From positions 334-64,333 of the forward strand of contig JBFWNV010000002.1 in NCBI GenBank assembly GCA_050250875.1: a stretch of 64,000 nucleotides of DNA, in the 5' to 3' direction. Made by a program: the position numbers and the translations under genes. Below are positions 57,769 through 64,000 of this stretch, piece after piece. Every line of letters begins with the position of its first letter. The first letter of the stretch is position 1. The notes below the pieces were generated by a model. The model made no database searches. It saw only the letters and a list, made by a program, of their open reading frames with translations, and was not told the origin of the DNA. The DNA is from Vicinamibacterales bacterium (lineage in GTDB: Bacteria; Acidobacteriota; Vicinamibacteria; Vicinamibacterales; UBA2999).

Positions 57769-58158
57769 TTACAGCGCCGGCGGGATGTCGGTCTTCCGGA
57801 AGTCCTGCCCCACGAACAGCAGCGAGTCGCCGGCGGTGGCGGCCGTCGCGTAGGCGAGGCAGTCGCCGAAGTTCAGGCCCGCGGGATGGCGGCCGCGTCC
57901 GAACCGGTTGGACGCATCGAGCGCGCGATGCCACTCGGCTTCCCCGAACGGCACCACCGTGAGCCCGAGTTCCCGCACGAGTGACGCCAGCTCGATGCCG
58001 CCCGGCCGTCCGCGGCGGCCGGCGAGCGCCATCTCGGTTTCGACGAGGGTGGGCGCACCCACGCGCGCGACCTCCGCTTCGAGAATCGCGTCGACCAGGT
58101 CGAGATACCCGGCTTCGGCGAACAGGATGGCGATGAGCGCCGAGGCGTCGACCGTCAT
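57769..58158 (-). CDS. vapC: Type II toxin VapC (PIN domain)
   Basis: MTVDASALIAIL.. carries the PIN acidic residues, and the C-terminal motif is NFGDCLAYA. 4-nt overlap with vapB. Confidence 0.85.
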   Translation of the reverse strand: MTVDASALIAILFAEAGYLDLVDAILEAEVARVGAPTLVETEMALAGRRGRPGGIELASLVRELGLTVVPFGEAEWHRALDASNRFGRGRHPAGLNFGDCLAYATAATAGDSLLFVGQDFRKTDIPPAL

Positions 58159-58423
58159 ACGCCCTCAGGACCGTAGCCGAGAAGATCGTCTTCTTCCTGG
58201 CGCGACAGCCGGCGGCCGCGTTGTTCGGGCGGAATCGTCGGCCAGACCTTGTCGCGCAGGAAGGCCAGAACGCGCGCGCGGCGCTTCGCCGTAGCCGGGC
58301 CCTTCAGGCGCTGCCTTCGCTCTTCGAGCGCACGACGAATGGCCTCGGTCTTCGACTCGCCTGTGAGACGGGCCACCTCGGCGGCTAGCGCTCCACGTCC
58401 GGGTTCTTCAGGTTCAGCGCCAT
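58155..58423 (-). pseudogene. vapB: VapB-type antitoxin with an apparent 1-nt frameshift near codon 12
   Basis: ATG 58423 opens MALNLKNPDVER, then TAG at 58387-58385. In the other frame the sequence continues LAAEVARLTGESKTEAIRRALEERRQRL.. to 58155. The ORF track calls only the GTG-initiated 58155..58376 part. Confidence 0.6.
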
Positions 58424-58425
58424 GG

Positions 58426-58441
58426 GTCTACCATGGTAGAC
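58426..58441. promoter_or_regulatory. Perfect 16-bp palindrome GTCTACCATGGTAGAC, candidate VapBC operator
   Basis: The palindrome lies 2 nt upstream of the vapB ATG. A third half-site, GTTCTACCAG, is 5 nt further upstream on the minus strand. Confidence 0.45.
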
Positions 58442-58564
58442 GGTCACTGGTAGAACGGTGCAGGGACGTTCTCGGGAGCCGGAGCGTGCCACCAGCATCG
58501 GCCCCGCGTCGGGCGCGTCGAGCCAGTGCTCCTGGAGCTTGCGTCCCCGGGCGAGCGGCGACGC

Positions 58565-59248
58565 TCAGGTCGTCGGCAGGTCCGCCGTCCGGAGCGCCGC
58601 GTCGATCGCGTCCGGCAGGTCGCCCACCGTGTCGGCGACGAAGGCCGTCGGCGGTGATGCGAAGGCCGCCGCGCCGAACCCGTAGGCGGCCAGCACGAAC
58701 GGCACGCCGCCGCGCCGCGCGGTCTCGGCGTCCACCGGCGAGTCGCCGACCAGCACCATGGGTCCCCCACCGGCGTGGAGGCGCAGCGACGTCAGCCCGG
58801 CGGGATCGGGTTTGCGCGGCAGCGGCCCGTCACCGCCGACCACCTCGAGGAAACGCCCGCGCACCCCGAGCCCCTCGAGGACGCGCTCGGCCGGCCACCG
58901 GGGCTTGTTGGTGAGCACCGTCAGCGCCAGCAACGGATCGAGGCCGTCGAGCATCTGCGTGATGCCCGGGTAGAGCCGGGTGGTGTCGAGGAGCCGGGCA
59001 TCGTAGAGCGCCAGGAACCGCTCGAGGGCCCCCGGCATCGCCGGGTCGAGGCCGGCCGCGGTCAGCACCCGCTGCACGAGCACGGCGGCACCCTCGCCGA
59101 TCATCGCCACCACTTCGGCGCGGGTCAGCGCCCGGCCACCGAGCTCTTCGGCCAGCGCGCTGGCCGCCGACGCCAGGTCGGTGGCCGAATCCACCAGGGT
59201 GCCGTCGAGGTCGAAGACCACGGCCCCGGCCTGCCAGGGCCGTCTCAC
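58565..59248 (-). CDS. HAD-superfamily phosphatase (phosphoglycolate phosphatase-like)
   Basis: GTG 59248 start. HAD motif I is FDLDGTLVDS. Also LTNKP and VGDSPVD. Confidence 0.75.
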   Translation of the reverse strand: MRRPWQAGAVVFDLDGTLVDSATDLASAASALAEELGGRALTRAEVVAMIGEGAAVLVQRVLTAAGLDPAMPGALERFLALYDARLLDTTRLYPGITQMLDGLDPLLALTVLTNKPRWPAERVLEGLGVRGRFLEVVGGDGPLPRKPDPAGLTSLRLHAGGGPMVLVGDSPVDAETARRGGVPFVLAAYGFGAAAFASPPTAFVADTVGDLPDAIDAALRTADLPTT

Positions 59249-59320
59249 GAGTTGTCGCGCTCCGCGCCCGCCGCTCTCCCCAACACTCGAGCTTGATTGT
59301 ATCCTTCGAGGCGCAGTCCC

Positions 59321-59998
59321 ATGTCGAAACGGCCCGTGTCGGTCGTGCTCGTCTCCGGGGGCCTCGACAGCGCGGTGCTGCTCGCGCACGAGGCCGACAC
59401 GCACGACGTGCGGCCGGTGTACGTCCGCTCGGGCCTGGCCTGGGAAGCGGCCGAACTGCGGATGCTGGCGCGGCTGATCGCGGCACCGGCGCTGGCGCCG
59501 CGCCTGCTGCCGCTCACCGTCGTCGACCTGCCGATGCGCGACGTCTATCCCCAGGACCACTGGGCCATCGTCGGCCACGCACCCGACTACGACACGCCCG
59601 ACGAGGACGTCTACCTCATCGGCCGTAACCTCACCCTGCTGGCCAAGGCCGGCGTGGTCGCGGCCCGGGCCGATGCCCGGCGCATCGCGCTGGGGCCGCT
59701 GGCCGGCAATCCGTTTCCCGATGCCACGCCGGGGTTCTTCGCCGCGATGGCCGAGGCGCTGTCACGCGGCCTCGCCCACGCGGTGTCGATCGCCACGCCG
59801 TTCGCCGCGCTGCACAAGCACCAGGTGATCGAGCTGGGGGCGCGGCTGAGCGTGCCGTTCGAGCTGACGCTGTCGTGCATGCAGCCCGACGCCGACCGGC
59901 ACTGCGGGCGCTGCAGCAAGTGCCGCGAGCGGCGCGACGCGTTCGCCGAGGCGGGCGTGCTCGACCCGAGCGTCTACGCCCAGCCGTCGCCGCGCTAG
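59321..59998 (+). CDS. queC: QueC-like PP-loop ATPase (7-cyano-7-deazaguanine synthase family, divergent)
   Basis: PP-loop motif VLVSGGLDS. The C-terminal Zn cluster is C-x9-C-x2-C-x2-C (SCMQPDADRHCGRCSKCRER). No other que genes are adjacent. Confidence 0.7.
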   Translation: MSKRPVSVVLVSGGLDSAVLLAHEADTHDVRPVYVRSGLAWEAAELRMLARLIAAPALAPRLLPLTVVDLPMRDVYPQDHWAIVGHAPDYDTPDEDVYLIGRNLTLLAKAGVVAARADARRIALGPLAGNPFPDATPGFFAAMAEALSRGLAHAVSIATPFAALHKHQVIELGARLSVPFELTLSCMQPDADRHCGRCSKCRERRDAFAEAGVLDPSVYAQPSPR

Positions 59999-60102
59999 CG
60001 CGGCGGAGCCTCGAACAACCGCATGGGCGAGGCCAAGGAACACCGGGCTCGGCTCCGCCACGCTAGGCGCAGTATCTCCTGGCCCGGCCTCCGGCCGGGC
60101 GA

Positions 60103-61020
60103 TTACCGCTCGAACCGGATGGTGCCGTCGCCGGTGCGCACCCGCAACGTGCCGCCGCCGGCGCCCAGCGTCGCCCGCAGCTCGCGCCGCGACTCGTCGT
60201 CGCCGTCGTCGCGCCGCACCACTTCGAGGCCCGGGTAGTTCGATCGCACGCTGCCGTCCGAGGTCACGGCGTCGACCATCACGTCGATTTTCTCGGGCAG
60301 CCGCACCTCGACGCTGCCATCGCGCGTTTCCACGGTCCAGTCGTCGGTGGCCGTGCTGCCAGCCTCGACGGCGATCCGCACCGAGCCGTCGCCGGTCTTG
60401 GCGCGCAGGTGCGTGAAGGTGCCGTTGACGACGACACTGCCGTCGCCGGTTTCGACGTCGACCTTGCCGCTGATCTCACGGAAGCGGATGCTGCCGTCGT
60501 CGGTGCGCGCCGTCACCTCGCCGGTGATCCGCGAGGCGACGATGGCGCCGTCGTCGGTGCGCAGCGTCTGCACGCCGTCGACTTCCTCGACGGTGATCGA
60601 GCCGTCGCCGCTGCGCAGGTCGAGGGCGGTCGTCTTGGGTACGGCGACGCGCAGCCGCGCGCTCGGCGAGTAGCTGACGCCGATCACCACGCCTTCGCTC
60701 CCCGACCAGGTCGGGCCCTTCACGCGGAGGCGGATCTGGTCGCCCTCCTGCGACTTCTCGACGGTGATCTCCTGCAGCCGCGCGTCGTCCTGCGCCTGCT
60801 TCTCGACCACCACCTCCACTTCGGGCCGGTCCCAGGCGTGCACCTCGATGGCGCCGTCGAAGGTGTCGAGCGCGACCGTCGCGGTGCCGGTCACCGTGAA
60901 GCGATGCGTTTCCGACGCCGTGGCGCCGTCGGTGTTGACGTTGACCGTGCACGCAGTGAGCGCGACGGCGAGTGTGCCGGCGCCGACGGCGCCGATGAGA
61001 TCTCCTGGTCGTGCCATCAC
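60103..61020 (-). CDS. DUF4097-family beta-strand-repeat lipoprotein
   Basis: Lipobox ..LAVALTAC. Repeated units (T/S)(D/G)DGSI/V (SGDGSITV, TDDGSIRF, TGDGSVVV, TGDGSVRI, TRDGSVEV, TSDGSVRS, TGDGTIRF). ATG 61017 is an alternative start. Confidence 0.75.
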   Translation of the reverse strand: MMARPGDLIGAVGAGTLAVALTACTVNVNTDGATASETHRFTVTGTATVALDTFDGAIEVHAWDRPEVEVVVEKQAQDDARLQEITVEKSQEGDQIRLRVKGPTWSGSEGVVIGVSYSPSARLRVAVPKTTALDLRSGDGSITVEEVDGVQTLRTDDGAIVASRITGEVTARTDDGSIRFREISGKVDVETGDGSVVVNGTFTHLRAKTGDGSVRIAVEAGSTATDDWTVETRDGSVEVRLPEKIDVMVDAVTSDGSVRSNYPGLEVVRRDDGDDESRRELRATLGAGGGTLRVRTGDGTIRFER

Positions 61021-62234
61021 GCCCTCCCGGGTTCAGAGACGGCCGGGGGGCCGGACGGGTTCCACGCCGGCACCCCGGCGATCCACGTCTGCCTGACCCG
61101 CCACGCCGCGTCGAGCGCGACCACGTCGGCGGCGGCGCCGACGGCCAGGCGGCCCAGATCGGGCCGCCCGAGGGCCTGCGCGGGGGTCGTGGCGCACAGG
61201 CGGGCCGCCTCGACGACGTCGAGTCCGACCGCGCCGACCAGCAGTCGGAAGGCGCCGTCCATCGTCAGGATGCTGCCCGCGAGCGTCCCGTCGGCCAGCA
61301 CGGCGCAGCGCTCGGTGACGCGGATTGGCTGGTCGCCGAGCACGCTCTCGGCGCCCACCGGCAGCCCGGCGCCGGCGGTCGCGTCGGTGATCGCCAGCGC
61401 GCCGGCGACGCCCTTGGCGCGGACCGCGAACCGCACCATCGCCGGGTGGACGTGGAAGCCGTCGCAGAGAATCTCGCAGGTCACTTCGTCGTGGGCCAGG
61501 ACGGCCCCGGCCAGCCCCGGGGCGCGGTGGGCCAGCGGCGGCATGCGGTTGAAGAGGTGGGTGGCGTGGCGGGCGCCGGCCGCGATGCCGGCCTGACCCT
61601 GCTCGAAGGTCGCCGCCGAGTGCCCGAGCGAGACCCGGTGCCCGGCGTGGACCAGCCGGCCGATGAGATCGAGCGCGCCGTCGAGTTCCGGGGCCAGCGT
61701 CACCAGCCGCACCGCCGGCCGGTGGCGATCGATCACCTCGACGATGGCCGTCCCGGTGTAGTCGCCGTCGCGCCACGCCGGCTCGCCCGGCCGCGGCGGG
61801 CGGCGCAGACACGTGACCGGCTGAGCGCCGTTGTAGTCAGGGTTGAGGAAGTTGCTTTCGAGGTGCGCGCCGAGCACGCGGGCGGCGCCGGCCGGCCGGT
61901 CCGCCGCGGCAGCGACGGCAATCAGGAAGCGTTCGAGCACCGCCGGCGTGCAGGCGATCGTCGTCGGGCAGAACGCGGTGACGCCGTGGCGCGGCAGCGC
62001 CGCCGCCACCCGGGCCACCGCCGCGGCACCCGACAGCACGTCGGTGCCCTCTACGCCGTGGATGTGCCCGTCGATGAATCCGGGGAGCAGCCACTGGCCG
62101 TCGCAGCGTACGTCGTGCGGGGACTCGCCGTGGTCGGGCCCGATCTCGACGATCGTGCCCTCGTGCAGGATCAGCGCGGCGCCGTCGACGACCCGGTCGG
62201 GCAGCACCAGACGGCCGCCGCGCAGTCGGATCAT
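61017..62234 (-). CDS. nagA: N-acetylglucosamine-6-phosphate deacetylase
   Basis: The last 405 aa of ORF 61017..63413, starting at an ATG (ATGA overlap). Motifs GFIDGHIHG, SLGHSAAT and ATHLFN. Confidence 0.85.
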   Translation of the reverse strand: MIRLRGGRLVLPDRVVDGAALILHEGTIVEIGPDHGESPHDVRCDGQWLLPGFIDGHIHGVEGTDVLSGAAAVARVAAALPRHGVTAFCPTTIACTPAVLERFLIAVAAAADRPAGAARVLGAHLESNFLNPDYNGAQPVTCLRRPPRPGEPAWRDGDYTGTAIVEVIDRHRPAVRLVTLAPELDGALDLIGRLVHAGHRVSLGHSAATFEQGQAGIAAGARHATHLFNRMPPLAHRAPGLAGAVLAHDEVTCEILCDGFHVHPAMVRFAVRAKGVAGALAITDATAGAGLPVGAESVLGDQPIRVTERCAVLADGTLAGSILTMDGAFRLLVGAVGLDVVEAARLCATTPAQALGRPDLGRLAVGAAADVVALDAAWRVRQTWIAGVPAWNPSGPPAVSEPGRA

Positions 62235-63403
62235 GCGGTCTCGTCGTCGCCCTCGCGGGGCGTCGAAGCCGCGGTCTTCAGCGCCGCGACCAGCGCGTCG
62301 CGCTGGTGCACCAGGCCCTTGAGCGCGCGCCGGCCGTTGGCGTGGCCGACGGCGTATTCGGCGAACAGCGGAAACGCGATGGTCGAGTCGCAATAGGCGA
62401 CGCAGGTGTCGGGGAGCACGCCGGGATTGATCTTGCCCCAGCTCACCGCCTCGGCCGGCGTCGCCCCCGACAGCCCGCCCCACACCACCTGGTCGGTGGT
62501 GATCTGGATGAAGTAGTCGTTGCCGCCCTTGGGAATGCCGTAGACCTCCCACAAGGTCGGCTGGCCCTGCAGATAGAAGTTCTTCGGCGATCCGCCGCCG
62601 AGGATCACCGCGCCGTTCTTCTCGCCGGCGAGGATGATGGCGCAGATCTCGTTGACGTCCTTGTTCGGATCGACCATCAGCCGGCCGCCGTTCATCAGCT
62701 CGTGGTAAGCGATGTTCATGCCGATCGAGCTGTCGCCGGGTGACGAGGTGTAGATCGGCACGCCAGCCCGCGATGCCGCCGCCAGCACCGAGTGCTCCTC
62801 GCAGCCCGGATGCTGCTGCCGCAAATCCTCGCCGATGGCGTGGTGCAGCTCGGCGGTGGACACCGGGCCGTCGAGCCCGGAGCGGACCAGGAACTCGCGC
62901 ACGTAGCGATCGGTGTCGAGCAGCACCTGGGCGGGAAACAGCACGTCGTAGATGCGGATGATGCCGTCTTCGTACAGCTCGCGGTCGTCGACGAACGGCG
63001 AGCCGCGGTGCAGCGTGAAGTTCAACGCGTAATGCAGGTCGTGGTAGAGGTTGGCGCCGGTGCTGATCACGAAGTCGACCAGCCCGCGCTCGACGAGCTC
63101 GATCACCGCGCCGCCCAGGCCCGCCGGCGTCATCGCACCGGCGATGGTCAGGGCGATGGTCGTGTCGTGCTCCCGGGCCAGCATCTTGTCGCAGAAGATG
63201 CGGCAGGCTTCGCCGAGGCGCGCGGCGTTGAAGGCCTGGAACCCCTCGTCGATGAGCGTCCGCACGTCGGCGCTGCCCTTGGGGCGGTAGTAGCGGATTG
63301 GCCGCCCGCCGAGCGGGCTGCGCTTGGACGCACCTGGAGAACCTGGAGAACGGTAGGGCACGACGACGAGCCTCCTTCGCGTGCCGTAGAGTATCATCGG
63401 CAC
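62231..63403 (-). CDS. Deoxyhypusine synthase-like protein
   Basis: Motifs TIAGAMTPAGLGG, VDFVISTGANLYHD and GGGSPKNF. The start is uncertain (GTG 63403 or ATG 63397). Confidence 0.8.
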   Translation of the reverse strand: MPMILYGTRRRLVVVPYRSPGSPGASKRSPLGGRPIRYYRPKGSADVRTLIDEGFQAFNAARLGEACRIFCDKMLAREHDTTIALTIAGAMTPAGLGGAVIELVERGLVDFVISTGANLYHDLHYALNFTLHRGSPFVDDRELYEDGIIRIYDVLFPAQVLLDTDRYVREFLVRSGLDGPVSTAELHHAIGEDLRQQHPGCEEHSVLAAASRAGVPIYTSSPGDSSIGMNIAYHELMNGGRLMVDPNKDVNEICAIILAGEKNGAVILGGGSPKNFYLQGQPTLWEVYGIPKGGNDYFIQITTDQVVWGGLSGATPAEAVSWGKINPGVLPDTCVAYCDSTIAFPLFAEYAVGHANGRRALKGLVHQRDALVAALKTAASTPREGDDETA

Positions 63404-63518
63404 GGATCTTCACGCGGCGACGCGGCGTGGCGCGCCGCTTCGCGACGGCGACGATCGCCGCCGCATCCTAAGCCTCCCGGCGGCAGTGTCCGATACAAGG
63501 ACACAGGACCAGACCGCC

Positions 63519-64000
63519 GTGGACGACCTTTCCTTTGCTGCCAGACGCGCGTCGAGTGCCGCTCCGCGGTCGGACGCCGACCCAGAGGCCCGCTTCCGGG
63601 CCTTGGTCCAGTCGCCGCTTCGCGCCGGCATCCTGCGGTTCCTGAGCGCGCGCCCGGCCGAGCAGTTCGACGCCGAAGCGATCATGCAGGCCTTCGGCCG
63701 CATGCGGCTCGACGTCGAGAACTGCCTGAAGGAGCTGGTCGAATCCGGCGTGGTGCGCCGGGTCGCCGGCGATCCGGTGGCCTACACCGCGGCCAGGCTC
63801 GACGCCGGGTCGACGCTCGGCAAGCTGCTCGACACCTTTCTCGAGCGGCGCGCCGCCGTCGGCATCGAGGACACCTCGCCGTCGGTGCAGCGCTTCCGCG
63901 AGCTCATCGGCCGCGACGAGAAGATGCTGGCCATCTTCGAGTGGATCCGCACCGCCGCCAAGTCGGACATCTCGGTGCTCATCCTCGGCCCGACCGGCGC
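63519..64000 (+). CDS. Sigma-54-dependent transcriptional activator, N-terminal part (runs off the window)
   Basis: Open frame from GTG 63519. An N-terminal wHTH-like region is followed by LIGRDEKMLAIFEWIRTAAKSDISVLILGPTG, the start of an AAA+ sigma54-interaction domain. Not in the ORF track because there is no stop codon inside the window. Confidence 0.65.
   Translation, partial: MDDLSFAARRASSAAPRSDADPEARFRALVQSPLRAGILRFLSARPAEQFDAEAIMQAFGRMRLDVENCLKELVESGVVRRVAGDPVAYTAARLDAGSTLGKLLDTFLERRAAVGIEDTSPSVQRFRELIGRDEKMLAIFEWIRTAAKSDISVLILGPTG

Noticed and set aside
63410-63703. 97-aa minus-strand ORF in the last intergenic region
   Set aside because: It lies antisense to the N-terminal coding region of the sigma-54 activator, which has a recognisable AAA+ onset. 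Its composition is Arg/Ala/Ser-rich with no motif.

Overview
Very GC-rich bacterial chromosomal segment, densely packed with about 62 protein genes and 2 tRNAs. Many neighbouring genes share ATGA/GTGA start-stop overlaps. Gene content (an ADOP-type duplicated orphan permease, a futalosine-pathway enzyme, a structured nadA leader) suggests Acidobacteriota; this is inference only. No transposase, integrase, CRISPR array or rRNA was seen. Main blocks: (1) a cobalamin-riboswitch-controlled operon of six genes (18.1-24.9 kb): btuB-like receptor, ABC importer, DUF71 ATP pyrophosphatase, and a BtuF-like protein without a signal peptide. (2) An Fe-S operon of 10-11 genes that joins isc and suf genes under one Rrf2 regulator (29.2-37.4 kb). 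(3) cysM-mec-(cysO::moeZ fusion), a sulfur-carrier cysteine pathway (37.7-40.6 kb). (4) A membrane-anchored DtxR-FeoA fusion coupled to feoB, facing a second DtxR gene across a perfect 24-bp palindrome (51-55 kb). (5) vapBC with a frameshifted antitoxin. The most unusual signals are: (a) a glutaredoxin-fold gene not called in the ORF track, with an in-frame TGA at the first Cys of its CxxC motif and a hairpin downstream (candidate selenoprotein, 45394-45642); (b) eleven tandem arrays of G-rich heptamers (GGGGCTC or GGGACCA/G types). Ten of the eleven are G-rich on the sense strand of a gene whose stop codon lies within about 20 nt. At convergent gene pairs the arrays form long inverted repeats around partly conserved, more AT-rich cores. 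All calls rest on reading the sequence and the ORF translations; no database search was run.
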